From NCBI GenBank assembly GCA_963778505.1, contig CAVZUH010000004.1:889797-953796 (forward strand): a stretch of 64,000 nt of DNA, read 5' to 3'. This DNA comes from an uncultured Actinomycetota bacterium (GTDB lineage Bacteria; Actinomycetota; UBA4738; HRBIN12). Shown in pieces: positions 20,812-30,904 of this stretch (position 1 is its first letter; each line of letters opens with the position of its first letter). The notes under the pieces were generated by a model, which was given only the letters and a program-made list of their open reading frames with translations, was not told the DNA's origin and made no database searches. A program made the translations under genes and the position numbers.

Positions 20812-23292
20812 TCAGAAGAGGGCTTTGGTCTCGATCCGATCGTACGTCGTCGTTCGCACGGCGGGGGTTCGACCGATCGCGCGGATCGCGTCGTCGAACT
20901 CCTCGGGCTTCATCCGGATCCCCCAGCCGGCACCCGCCATCCGACTGATCGTCTCTTCCATCAACGTTCCTCCGAAGTCGTTCGCGCCTGACTCGAGGAT
21001 CGTCGTGCACGCGTCGACGCCGAGTTTCACCCACGACACCTGCACGTTGTGGATAAGTCCGTCGAGCAAGACCCGCGCGACCGCGTGCATGCGCACGCTG
21101 TCGTCGAAGGAAGGCCCTGCCCTCGCGTGACCGGCGAGGTAGATGGGCGCGTTCCGGTGGATGAACGGCAACGGGACGAACTCCGTGAAACCACGCGTTT
21201 CCTGCTGGATCCGCGCGATCCTGCGCAGGTGGGCCACCCAGTGAGGGGGGGCATCCACGTGTCCGAACATGATCGTCGAGGAGCTCCGGATCCCGACGTC
21301 GTGGGCCGTCCGCACGATCTCCTCCCACGTGTCGGCGGGGAGCTTGCCCTTCGTGAGGAGCCATCGAACTTCGTCGTCGAGGATCTCAGCGGCCGTTCCG
21401 GGCATCGTCCCCAGGCCGTGCTCCTTGCAGGCAGTGAGGAACTCGCGGAAGGACACGCCCATCTTGGTGGCCCCGTTCAGGACCTCCATCGGGCTGAACG
21501 CGTGCACGTGGATGCCCGGGACCCGGGCCTTCACGGCATCGAGGAGGTCCAGATAGAAGGAGCCCGGCAGGTCGGGGTGGATCCCCCCCTGCATGCACAC
21601 CTCGCTCGCACCATCGGCCCACGCCTCCTCGGCTCGGTCGGCAACCTCGCCGAGCGTGAGCGTGTAGGCCTCCGGATCGACCTCCCGCTGCGCGAACGCG
21701 CAGAAGCGGCACCCGACGTAGCAGACGTTCGTGAAGTTGATGTTCCGGTTGATCACGTAGGTGACGACGTCGCCGACGGCCTCCTCTCGGAGGCCGTCGG
21801 CGACGCGGCGGAGGGCCTCCAGCTCCACCCCCTCCGCCTGGAACAGCGCCAACGCCTGGTCGTCGGAGAGAGGACGATGCTTCTCTGCCAGCCGGAGCGC
21901 TCCGCGGATGTCGTCGTCCAGGCGAACGGGCGCAACCTCCCGCACCGCCCATGCCCGGGTCACGGTGTCCTCTGCCGGGATCTCCCCGTACACGATGTCG
22001 GCGTCGGCTCGAAGGCCCGCCTCTGGCCCCTTCGCGAACGTGAGGTCGATCGTCCGGGGCGTCCAGGCCACGTCGGGGTCCTGCCAGCTCGCCGGCTCGG
22101 GCTTCGCTCCCTCGATCGCGAGGCCGTCGCCACCGAGGAGGGCCTGGACGGGACGACGCATCCTCCCCGCAAGGTAGGGATCCGGGCTTCCCGCGAACTG
22201 CGGATAGATCGTGAGTCGCTCGCGCAGGGACTTTCCGCGCGAGGCCGTCGTGGTCGCGAGCGACTCGATCGCCGGCCATGGCCGCTCGGGGTTGACGTGG
22301 TCCGGTGTGAGCGGCGAGACGCCGCCCCAATCGCTGATGCCCGCGTCCAGCAGGCGGAGCTGTTGCTCCGTGTCGGAGAGGTTCGGGGGAGCCTGCACGC
22401 TCACGTGTGGCCCCAGGACGACCCGGGTGGTCGCCACGGCAGCGAGGAACTCCTCGTCGCTCGGCTCTGGAGCGCTCGCCATCACCGTCCCCTGCTTCGC
22501 GCGGAAGTTCTGGACGATCACTTCCTGGATGTGCCCGTACCGTCGGTGCAGATCCCGGATGGCGAAGACGGAGTCGGCTCGCTCGCGTGCATCCTCTCCG
22601 ATGCCCACGAGGATCCCGGTGGTGAACGGGATCGCGAGCCTGCCGGCGTCCTCGATCGTTCGGAGCCTCACGGCCGGGTGCTTGTCCGGAGAGCCGAAGT
22701 GCGGGCCGCCTCTCATCGAGAGACGATCCGAGGAGGACTCCAGCATCAGGCCCATCGATGCGCTCACCTGTTTCAGCCGGGCAAGCTCCTCGTAGCTCAT
22801 CACGCCGGGATTCAGATGCGGCAGGAGGCCGGTCTCCTCGATCACGCTGATGGCGGCGGCGCGCACGTACTCGAGCGTCGAGGCGAACCCGCGCGAGCGC
22901 AGCCACTCGCGAGCCACGTCGTAGCGGTCCTCCGGCCGATCGCCCAGGGTGAACAGCGCCTCCTTGCAGGCGCGAGCCCGGCCGCCCCGGGCGATCGAGA
23001 GGACCTCCTCCGGCGTGAGGTACGGTGCGTCGAGCTTCGCCGGAGGCTTCGCGAACGTGCAGTAGTGGCAATGATCGCGGCAGAGCATCGTAAGCGGGAT
23101 GAAGACCTTGCGCGAGTAGGTGATGCGATCGCCGGTGCCGAGATCCCGGAGATGTGCGGCGATCGACTGCAGCAACTCGAGGTCGTGACCCCTCGCGTCC
23201 ATCAGTGCCGCTGCCTCGCCCTCGGCCAGGGCCTTGCCCTGCTCGGCGCGCGCGAGCGCGCGGCGCAGGGCGTGAGTCGTCACGGCCGCCAC
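20812..23292 (-). CDS. fbiC: Bifunctional FO synthase (CofG plus CofH radical-SAM domains)
   Basis: 826 aa, uninterrupted. Two radical-SAM cluster motifs (CRDHCHYCTF and CYVGCRFCAF). Adjacent to fbiA and fbiB. Confidence 0.96.
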   Translation of the reverse strand: MAAVTTHALRRALARAEQGKALAEGEAAALMDARGHDLELLQSIAAHLRDLGTGDRITYSRKVFIPLTMLCRDHCHYCTFAKPPAKLDAPYLTPEEVLSIARGGRARACKEALFTLGDRPEDRYDVAREWLRSRGFASTLEYVRAAAISVIEETGLLPHLNPGVMSYEELARLKQVSASMGLMLESSSDRLSMRGGPHFGSPDKHPAVRLRTIEDAGRLAIPFTTGILVGIGEDARERADSVFAIRDLHRRYGHIQEVIVQNFRAKQGTVMASAPEPSDEEFLAAVATTRVVLGPHVSVQAPPNLSDTEQQLRLLDAGISDWGGVSPLTPDHVNPERPWPAIESLATTTASRGKSLRERLTIYPQFAGSPDPYLAGRMRRPVQALLGGDGLAIEGAKPEPASWQDPDVAWTPRTIDLTFAKGPEAGLRADADIVYGEIPAEDTVTRAWAVREVAPVRLDDDIRGALRLAEKHRPLSDDQALALFQAEGVELEALRRVADGLREEAVGDVVTYVINRNINFTNVCYVGCRFCAFAQREVDPEAYTLTLGEVADRAEEAWADGASEVCMQGGIHPDLPGSFYLDLLDAVKARVPGIHVHAFSPMEVLNGATKMGVSFREFLTACKEHGLGTMPGTAAEILDDEVRWLLTKGKLPADTWEEIVRTAHDVGIRSSSTIMFGHVDAPPHWVAHLRRIARIQQETRGFTEFVPLPFIHRNAPIYLAGHARAGPSFDDSVRMHAVARVLLDGLIHNVQVSWVKLGVDACTTILESGANDFGGTLMEETISRMAGAGWGIRMKPEEFDDAIRAIGRTPAVRTTTYDRIETKALF

Positions 23293-23320
23293 GACCGGAG
23301 GCTACTACGCTCTTCGGTTC

Positions 23321-24259
23321 GTGAAGGTCGTCGCACTTGCGGGGGGGGTCGGCGCGGGGAAGTTCCTGCGCGGTCTCGTCCGTGCGGTGTCGCCGGCCGA
23401 CGTCACCGCGGTCGTGAACACAGCCGACGACCTCGACGTCCACGGCCTCCGCGTCTGTCCAGATCTCGACTCGGTCACCTATTGGCTGGGGGACGCGTTC
23501 GACCGCGAGCGTGGATGGGGGCGCCGCGACGAAACGTTCCGCGCGACCGAGGAGCTCCGGGCCTTCGATCCCGATGCCGCCTGGTTCGGGCTGGGCGACT
23601 TGGATCTGGCGACCCACCTGTTCCGGACGCGGTGCCTGACGGGCGGGCTGCCGCTGTCCGAAGTGTCCGCGCGGATCGCGCGGCGGTTCGCCATCGAGTC
23701 CACGATCCTTCCGATGAGCGATCAACGGGTTGAGACCCGGCTGGATGTCGTCTCCCTCGGGCACGGGATAGATCTGCACTTCCAGGAGTACTGGGTCCGT
23801 CGTGGCGCGCGGGACGACGTGAAAGCGATCCGTTTCGAAGGTGTCGAGGCGGCCCGGCCGGCACCGGGCGTGATCGACGCGATCCGGCAGGCGGACGCCG
23901 TCGTGATCTGCCCCTCCAACCCCGTCGTGTCGATCGGCCCGATCCTCGCTGTCGAGGGCCTCAGGGAGGCGGTGGCCGGGAGGCCCGTGGTAGGGATCTC
24001 ACCGATCGTCGGTGGACGCCCCCTTGCAGGCATGGCGGACAGGTTGATGCCGGTCGTGGGCCTGGAGGTCTCCGCCGTCGGCGCCGCGCGTGCCTACGAG
24101 GGTCTCCTGGATGCGTGGGTGATCGACGACGCCGACGCACGGCTGGCAGATCGCGTGCGCGACGAGGTGGGTCCCCGCGTCACCGTCATCGACACGGTGA
24201 TGCTCGATGACGAGATCGCGGAGCGACTGGCCCGTGCCGCGCTCGCGTCGCTGCGATGA
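23321..24259 (+). CDS. fbiA: 2-phospho-L-lactate transferase (CofD)
   Basis: 312 aa. MKVVALAGGVGAGKFLRGL and NTADDLDVHGLRVCPDLDSVTYWL are CofD signatures. Confidence 0.95.
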   Translation: MKVVALAGGVGAGKFLRGLVRAVSPADVTAVVNTADDLDVHGLRVCPDLDSVTYWLGDAFDRERGWGRRDETFRATEELRAFDPDAAWFGLGDLDLATHLFRTRCLTGGLPLSEVSARIARRFAIESTILPMSDQRVETRLDVVSLGHGIDLHFQEYWVRRGARDDVKAIRFEGVEAARPAPGVIDAIRQADAVVICPSNPVVSIGPILAVEGLREAVAGRPVVGISPIVGGRPLAGMADRLMPVVGLEVSAVGAARAYEGLLDAWVIDDADARLADRVRDEVGPRVTVIDTVMLDDEIAERLARAALASLR

Positions 24260-25449
24260 CGATCGAGCTGATCCCCTTGGTGGGCCTCCCGGAGGTGGAA
24301 CCCGGCGACGACCTCGCTGCGCTCCTGGAGCAGGCGCTCGCGGCGAAGGCCGCGACTGACGGCGACGTCGTGGCGGTCACGCAGAAGATCGTCTCCAAGG
24401 CCGAAGGGCGGATGGTGCCCGGTGAGGATCGCGCGGCCTGGGTACGACGGGAGACTGTGGACGTCGTCGCGCGACGCGGAGACCTCGTGATCACGCGAAC
24501 ACGGCACGGCTTCGTCTGCGCGAACGCGGGCGTCGACGCGTCGAACGTCCGAGAAGGGTTCCTCACGCTGCTTCCCGAGGACCCCGACGCGAGCGCCCAA
24601 CGACTGCAGAAGGAGCTGTCCGCCCGACTGGGCCTGTCCCGGCTCGGGGTCGTGATCACCGATACGTTCGGCCGGCCCTGGCGCGAGGGCGTCGTGGACG
24701 TCGCGATCGGCTGTGCGGGCTTCCCGGCGCTCGTGGACCTGCGAGGCACCCGAGACGACCACGGCATGGAATTGGAGGCCACCGTGGTGGCGCTCGCCGA
24801 CGCCGTGGCGGCGGCGAGCGGCCTCGTCATGACGAAGACCGCGCGGGTCCCGGCGGCACTGGTCCGCGGTCTGGATGCGGCGACCGGTGACGCGCCGCCG
24901 GGACCCGCCAGCGCCCTGGTGCGCCGGCCCGAGGATGACCTGTTCCGGGAGTCGGCGCTCATCGCCGTCTCGGGCGCAGAGCAGAGCGGCGCGTTCGGAC
25001 CCGGCCAGGTATCGCGGCAGACCATCGAAGACGCCGTGGGCGCCGCCTCCGCCGTTCCGCCTGTCGGGGAGTGGTCGTTCGTGGCGCTCGACTCACCTGC
25101 GGCGCGGCGCCGGCTTCTCGCCGCTGCGCGCGTGAACGAAGTCTTTCGGGCGGCGCCGATCCTGATCCTGCCGTGCGCCCGGGTCTCGGCGGGGACCTCC
25201 GAGGAAACGATCCTGCTCTCCGCCGGGGCGGCGATACGCACCCTCGTGGTCGCCCTGCACGCGCAGCGCATCGGGTGGTCGTGGGACCCGCGCGGGCCCT
25301 TCGATGCCGAGGGGGCTCGAGCCGCGCTCGCCATCGGAGAGGGATGGCGTGCGCTCGGGATCGTGGCCGTGGGCCCGATGCCCGAGGGCGGAGCCCCGCG
25401 GCCCCGCGTTCCGGCCGTCCCGACCGACGCGCTCGACTGGCGTAGCTAG
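24256..25449 (+). CDS. fbiB: Bifunctional F420 gamma-glutamyl ligase (CofE) / nitroreductase-like C-terminal domain
   Basis: 397 aa. ATGA overlap with fbiA. The CofE part contains VAVTQKIVSKAEGR and NAGVDASNV. The C-terminal ~170 aa resemble the FbiB extension. Confidence 0.92.
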   Translation: MTIELIPLVGLPEVEPGDDLAALLEQALAAKAATDGDVVAVTQKIVSKAEGRMVPGEDRAAWVRRETVDVVARRGDLVITRTRHGFVCANAGVDASNVREGFLTLLPEDPDASAQRLQKELSARLGLSRLGVVITDTFGRPWREGVVDVAIGCAGFPALVDLRGTRDDHGMELEATVVALADAVAAASGLVMTKTARVPAALVRGLDAATGDAPPGPASALVRRPEDDLFRESALIAVSGAEQSGAFGPGQVSRQTIEDAVGAASAVPPVGEWSFVALDSPAARRRLLAAARVNEVFRAAPILILPCARVSAGTSEETILLSAGAAIRTLVVALHAQRIGWSWDPRGPFDAEGARAALAIGEGWRALGIVAVGPMPEGGAPRPRVPAVPTDALDWRS

Positions 25450-25796
25450 GCAAGCACTCCCTTCAGGAAGTAGAAGAGGAACCCCGCCGTCACGACGTAC
25501 ATCGATGGATGCACGCCGCGGAACTTGCCCTGCATCACGCGGATCGCCGTATAGGCGATGAAGCCGGTCCCGAGCCCGTTCGTGATGGAGTAGGTGAACG
25601 GCATTTCAGTCCGAGAGGTTGCGATCGGGGACGGCGGCGAAGCCGAGGATCGCGGGGTTCAGGAACAGGATGTAGGCCATCGTGAGCCAGGTCGTGATCC
25701 CGGCCACGACCTCGGTGCGGGGCTCGAACCACGCTCCGAAATCTTGAAGAACCGGTCGAGGCCGCCGGTGCCCTCTGCCGCGGGCACCTTCACCAC
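25446..25796 (-). pseudogene. Remnant of an NCS2/AzgA-type purine (adenine/guanine) permease: N-terminal ~50 aa and C-terminal 52 aa only
   Basis: N-terminal piece: LDRFFKISERG / FEPRTEVVAGITTWLTMAYILFLNPAILGFAAVPD, with one frame break. It is followed directly by the C-terminal piece MPFTYSITNGLGTGFIAYTAIRVMQGKFRGVHPSMYVVTAGFLFYFLKGVLA. Full-length family members are about 430-480 aa, so about 1.1 kb is missing. Confidence 0.7.
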
Positions 25797-25974
25797 ATGG
25801 TCGTGCTTGGTGTCTGACACGCGCCTCCCTCCCTCGGCCTGATGGCCGGTCGTGTGTGCCCAGAGGGAAGGCGCGAACAGGACAGGACGCCGCCCTGCGC
25901 GCCGCAGACGCGAGTCGTCCTTCGATGAGAGGACCGGCCGGTAAGCTTCCGCGACCCATGATCGAGGAGCGCAG

Positions 25975-26763
25975 TTGACCGACGACGTCCCAGGAAGGCC
26001 GGATCGAGGCCGGCGGCCGACCAAGGCGGAACGCAAGGAACAGGCTCGGCGCGAGCGAGAAGAGCTCCAGCGGCGGCTGGAATCGAAGCGGCGCGCACGC
26101 ACGCTGGGCATCGCGGTGGGCGTCGTGGTGATCGCGGCGATCGTCTTCGTCACCACGTTGCTCCCCTCGGGAGGTGACTTGCAGAGCCCCGACCAGCTCC
26201 TCAAGCGAGCGGCAGCGGCTGCCGACACCGCCGGTTGCGGCGACGTGACGACGACGCCCCCGTTCGACCCTCCCGATGAGGATCGGACCCACATCGGTGG
26301 GGGCAGCATCGCCGGTCCGCCTCTTTCCTCCTACCCCACGACGCCGCCTGCATCCGGCCCGCACGCCGACGTGCCGCTTCCCGCCGGCGTCTACGACTCC
26401 TTGACCATCTCGGACCTCTACCGGTCGATCCACTCCCTCGAGCACGGGGCCACGGTGATCTGGTATGACCCCGCCGCGTCGGCGGACAAGGTGGCGCGGT
26501 TGATCGAGTTCTACGACCGCCGTCTCCAGGACGCCGAGGTGGGACAGGATCGGGTCATCGTGGCTCCGTACGACTTCCCGGGGGATGCGGCGGGCATCCT
26601 GCCCGACGGCACCCAGATGGCGCTCGTGGCGTGGCACCGCCTCCGCACGTGCGCGAGCGTGGACCTGGCGGTCGCGTTCGACTTCACGTCTCAGTACAGC
26701 TTCCCCACGACGGCGGGTCGCGACTACCAGGGCGAGGCGCCCGAGCCGGGGAGCGCGATCTGA
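25975..26763 (+). CDS. DUF3105-domain membrane-anchored protein
   Basis: 262 aa, TTG start. Basic N-terminus, one TM segment, then YPTTPPASGPH ... SIHSLEHGATVIWYDP ... ALVAWH, typical of DUF3105. Confidence 0.8.
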   Translation: MTDDVPGRPDRGRRPTKAERKEQARREREELQRRLESKRRARTLGIAVGVVVIAAIVFVTTLLPSGGDLQSPDQLLKRAAAAADTAGCGDVTTTPPFDPPDEDRTHIGGGSIAGPPLSSYPTTPPASGPHADVPLPAGVYDSLTISDLYRSIHSLEHGATVIWYDPAASADKVARLIEFYDRRLQDAEVGQDRVIVAPYDFPGDAAGILPDGTQMALVAWHRLRTCASVDLAVAFDFTSQYSFPTTAGRDYQGEAPEPGSAI

Positions 26764-27567
26764 TGGCCAAGAAGAAGAAGCGACCGCGCCAGCGCCCATC
26801 GTCTACGCCTCAGACGCCGGCGCAAGGCGGCGCGGCCCGTGAGGGCGCCGCGCGCGGGCGCGCCGCGCGTGGTGGCGCGAACATCGAACGTCGTGAGCGC
26901 AAGGAAGAAGCCCGGCGGCTGCGGGAGGCGGAGCGACGCCGTGCCCGCCGTGCGGCGTCGCTCCGCCGCACCGTCACGTCGATCGGGATCGCCGCGGCGG
27001 CCGTGGCGGCGATCACGATCTTCCAGAGCTTCGGCGGTCCGAACGACATCCCCGAAGCCGCGATCCGGGCGGCGGAACAGGCGGGATGCACCGGGATCGA
27101 GAAGCGCCCCGACATCACACCCGCCGAGACAGCACCTCGCCCCAGGACAGACCATCGACTATCCGGACCCGCCGGCAACCTCGGGCCAGCACAATCCGTC
27201 GCCCCTGCCGGACGATCCCAAGGCCTACGACGCGCCGATCGACGAGACGGCGGCGGTCCACTCGATGGAGCACGGGGCCGTCTTCGTGTACTACCTCCCC
27301 GAGGCTGACGGCGGGATCGCCCAGGACGTTGTCGATCGGCTGAGCGTGATCGCGGCTGACAACAACGCCACCTTCCTCGCCCCGTACCCGGATCTCACGC
27401 CCGAGACGGCGCTCACGCTCACCGCCTGGAACTATCGGCAGTCCTGCCCGGGAGGATCAGAGAGCGACGGACTGACGCCGCGATCCGCGGCGGTCATCTT
27501 GAACGGGTTCGTGACCGGGTTCGAATGCACCGGAGAGGCTCCGGAGAACGGCGCGTCCCCCTGCTGA
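26763..27567 (+). pseudogene. Second DUF3105-domain protein (tandem paralogue), one frame break near 27125
   Basis: MAKKKKRPRQ... plus a TM segment in ORF 26631..27308 continues in ORF 26839..27567 (YPDPPATSGQHNPSP ... AVHSMEHGAVFVYYLP ... LTLTAWN). Confidence 0.7.
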
Positions 27568-27570
27568 GGC

Positions 27571-29318
27571 TCAGCTGACCTGGCAGTTCCCGTTCGAACA
27601 GGCGATCTTCCCGTGCTCGAACGACGCCCGGGCCACGCCGGAGGCGATGCGCACCCGTGTCGTGGGATAGCCGAGCGATCCCTGGGCTCCGCCGCGCCTG
27701 AGGTACGTCGGAGAGCACCTTCCCCCATAGGGCGTGCGCCCCGAGCCCCTGCTTGAAGTAGATCCGCCCTCGTTCGAGCACGATTCGGCCGCACGAGGAG
27801 CAGGCCGCCGCCGCGGCCTTCAGCCTTGGGCGAACGACGCCGGACACCGGGAGGCCGAGATGGCCGCCGGCCCCACCGGCGCCGAGGTATTCGGTGTGGA
27901 TCGCCCCTGTGAACCACACGGTCAACCCCACCCGGGTGTTGCGATAGATACCGCCCCGCTGGAAGAGCTGACGGGAACCGTTGCCGAGGACCAGCAGCCC
28001 TGTCTTGGGCAGTCCCGGTCGGCACATCACGGCGTCGTATTTCGCGCGGACCGCGCCCGACGATGTTTCGGTCACTGTTGATCCAGACCCGCCCGTCCGG
28101 GAGCCCTAGCGCTGCCCTCAGCTCGCTCCCTGCGACAGAGGCGGCGCCCCCGGTCCCTCGAGCGATCGCGCTCACGATCCGGCCCGAGACGCCCCGCCGC
28201 ACGTTGGTGAACCGACCGATCGTGCCGATGTGGCCCGTATAGGGAGCCAGCCTCGAGGACAGACCCGAGCGCGTGAAGCTCCTCGTCCAGTCCGTCCACG
28301 GGTTGGCCGAGGTGTACTCCCCGGGATCGCAGACCCCACGGAGGTATGGGATCGCGTATGCCGGATTCCCGCCGTGCCATACATCTTCGACGTCTTCGGA
28401 GTAGCCACCGTCCGAGGCCGCATAGAACGCCTGGATGACCGATCCGTTGTACGTCACGATCTCGCCGGCCGTAGCGGCCACGGCGGCGACCCATCGATCG
28501 CCGTCGACCCCGACCTCCTTGCTCCACCCCACGTAGACCTGGTCGCTCGCACCGTCGGCCACATGACAGTCGCAGTCGCTCCGCAGCCCGTAGTTCCGGA
28601 TCTTGTACGTCGCGAACGTCCGGGCAGCGACGGCCTGCGCCCGCAGCGCCTGGCCGGGCCAGCTGCTGGGCATCTCGCCCATCCCTCGCAGATACCTCTC
28701 GAAAGGCAGCTCGAGCGTCAGCCGCTCAACGCAGCGGTTCGCACAACCGAGAAGATCGAACTCGAGGAACCCGTAGGCGTACGCGAATCCCTGGCGCCAG
28801 ACCTCGTCCGCCTCCGGCACGAAGACACGATCGCCCGCCGCGTGGTTGGCGAACAGTGGCCGGGCCGGGCCGCCCCAACGGACGCCTCCCACGAGCCCCC
28901 CGTTGTGATCTCGGATGGAGTACTTCCGGAACGCTGGTGCGGCGGAGACCGTCCAGGTCTTCCCGCCGGGGATCGTCGCGACAGGTGTGACGCCCGGCCC
29001 GTCGAGCCACAGTCGAACGGGCCCGTTCCTCGCCGTAAGATGGATCGTCGAACGGCCGCTCGTGAGTCCCACCCGGATCTTCTTCGGCACGGTGGACGAC
29101 CCGATCACCCGCGTCCGAGAGTAGAAGTGCGTGAGGATGTGCCGGTACGACCAGCCCTTCTGCGCCAGTCCGTACGCGCCCCATTGCGACATGCCGATGC
29201 CGTGGCCATAACCCGAGCCGTGGAAGCGGAAGCTGTCGGCGGCATGCACGACCGATCCACCGACCAGCACGGCGACCAGCACCATCGCGGTCGAGAGCAG
29301 TCGAACACGTCGAACCAT
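27571..29318 (-). pseudogene. SpoIID/LytB-domain protein with C-terminal LGFP repeats, two frame breaks (near 28047 and 27700)
   Basis: Signal/TM segment then GYGHGIGMSQWGAYG ... AQAVAARTFA ... YAASDGGYSE (SpoIID). The tail in two other frames gives three repeats of the type YxxxGGxxGxLGxP (LGFP), ending ...CSNGNCQVS. Confidence 0.8.
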
Positions 29319-29403
29319 CAGAGGCCCCAAGGTCGGATCGGACACCCTACCCAATCGGTCGCCGGACCCCGACGGTTGAGGACCTGTCGCGTTTGCTCTT
29401 TAC

Positions 29404-30411
29404 CTACTGCGGGCCGGAGCTCAGCCGGACCCCCTCGAGCTTCGCGCCTGGGGGCACCTGCACGTGCTCGCCGAGCACGGAATCGACCAGCGTCCCACCC
29501 GATCCGACGACAGCATTCGGGCCCACGATGGAGGCCACCACGCGAGCTCCGTCTCCCACCACCGCCCCGGCCAGCACGACGGCTTCATCCACCTCGGCCC
29601 TCGCTCCCACTCGGACCCCTTCTCCGATCGCCACCGACCTCCCGATCCGTGAGGTGAGGTCGAGCGAGACTCCCGACCCGATCCAGGGGCTGTCGTACGA
29701 GATGCCCCTGAGCTTCCCCTCGAGCAGATCGAAATGGGCCTGCAGGTACTGCTCCGGGGTCCCGAGATCGAGCCAGTAGGCGCCAGGATCGAATCCGTAG
29801 ACGGGAGCCCCGTCCCTGATCAGCGCCGGGAAGACTTCCCCCTCGATCCAGATATAGGTCCCCGCCGGCCATGTCCGCAGGGCCGAGGCGTCCAGGACGT
29901 AGGTACCCGCGTTGATGTCACCCGGGACCGGATCCGGCGGTTTCTCGCGGAACTCCGTGATGCGCCCCTTCGGATCGGTCGCGACGAGACCGAAGGCTCG
30001 TGCGTCCTCCACGTGATGCAGCGCGATCGTCGCGACCGCGCCCCGTTCGCGATGACTTGCGAGCATCGCGGTCAGATCCAGGTCGGTGAGGATGTCCCCG
30101 TTCAACGCGAAGAACGGCTGGTCCCCGAGATGATCGAGCGCGCTGACGATCGCCCCGCCCGTCCCCAGCGCCTCCCGCTCCGTGACCCAGGTGATCGCCG
30201 GTTCGCCGCGTCTCGCCTGGATGAATGGGTGGAACGTGTCTTCGAGGTACGGCGAGGACATGATCACCTCGCGAACGCCGTGGACGAGGAGATGATCGAG
30301 GACGTGATCGAGGATCGTCCGATCCACGAGAGGAAGCAACGGCTTGGGGATCGTCTCCGTGAGCGGCCTGAGCCTCGTCCCTTCTCCGCCTACGAGAACG
30401 ACCGCCTTCAT
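29404..30411 (-). CDS. manC: Mannose-1-phosphate guanylyltransferase (GDP-mannose pyrophosphorylase)
   Basis: 335 aa. MKAVVLVGGEGTRLRPLTETIPKPLLPL nucleotidyltransferase motif plus a C-terminal left-handed beta-helix region. Confidence 0.88.
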   Translation of the reverse strand: MKAVVLVGGEGTRLRPLTETIPKPLLPLVDRTILDHVLDHLLVHGVREVIMSSPYLEDTFHPFIQARRGEPAITWVTEREALGTGGAIVSALDHLGDQPFFALNGDILTDLDLTAMLASHRERGAVATIALHHVEDARAFGLVATDPKGRITEFREKPPDPVPGDINAGTYVLDASALRTWPAGTYIWIEGEVFPALIRDGAPVYGFDPGAYWLDLGTPEQYLQAHFDLLEGKLRGISYDSPWIGSGVSLDLTSRIGRSVAIGEGVRVGARAEVDEAVVLAGAVVGDGARVVASIVGPNAVVGSGGTLVDSVLGEHVQVPPGAKLEGVRLSSGPQ

Positions 30412-30463
30412 GACCCTCCTCGGCCTCCGGGCGTCGGCCAGGCTGCAGTGGATCTGGCGCGGC

Positions 30464-30904
30464 TCATGCGTGGCGCGTCTGCGCCACCAGGACGATACCG
30501 ACGATGATGAACACCACGCCCGCGTACCGCAGCCCCGGAACCTCCTGGTCGAGCACGAACCGATCGGCCAAGAGGATCAGGACGTATGTCAGGGATGCGA
30601 ACGGATACGCGAACGAGAGTGAGGTTCGCGACAGGACGGCGAGCCAAACGATCGCCGAGAGACCGAACATGGCCAGCCCGGCCCAGACCGCGGGCGTCGT
30701 GGCGACTTCGCGGAGGGACGCCCATCCGAGGCGTAAAGCCCCGGAGCCGGCGGTCACCTGGTCGACCCCGTGCTTCAGCGTGAGCTGAGCGACGGCGGCG
30801 AGTGTGACGGAGAGCAGGATCAGCGCGATCAACATGGCGTGGCTCGTCTCCCTGGGATGGGCGAGGCGACCGTCTTCGGTCGCATCGGATCGGTTTTCGG
30901 TCAC
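30464..30904 (-). CDS. Small 4-TM EamA/SMR-like membrane protein (ArnE/ArnF-type flippase candidate)
   Basis: GTG at 30904 overlaps the wzt stop (GTGA); Met24 (30835) is an alternative start. Four hydrophobic helices. The family call is by architecture and context only. Confidence 0.55.
   Translation of the reverse strand: MTENRSDATEDGRLAHPRETSHAMLIALILLSVTLAAVAQLTLKHGVDQVTAGSGALRLGWASLREVATTPAVWAGLAMFGLSAIVWLAVLSRTSLSFAYPFASLTYVLILLADRFVLDQEVPGLRYAGVVFIIVGIVLVAQTRHA

Noticed and set aside
27490-27540. A GGGTTCGAATGC string resembling a tRNA T-arm.
   Set aside because: It lies inside the DUF3105 paralogue coding frame (GFVTGFECTG). I could not fold a flanking acceptor or anticodon arm. I recognised no tRNA anywhere in the window.
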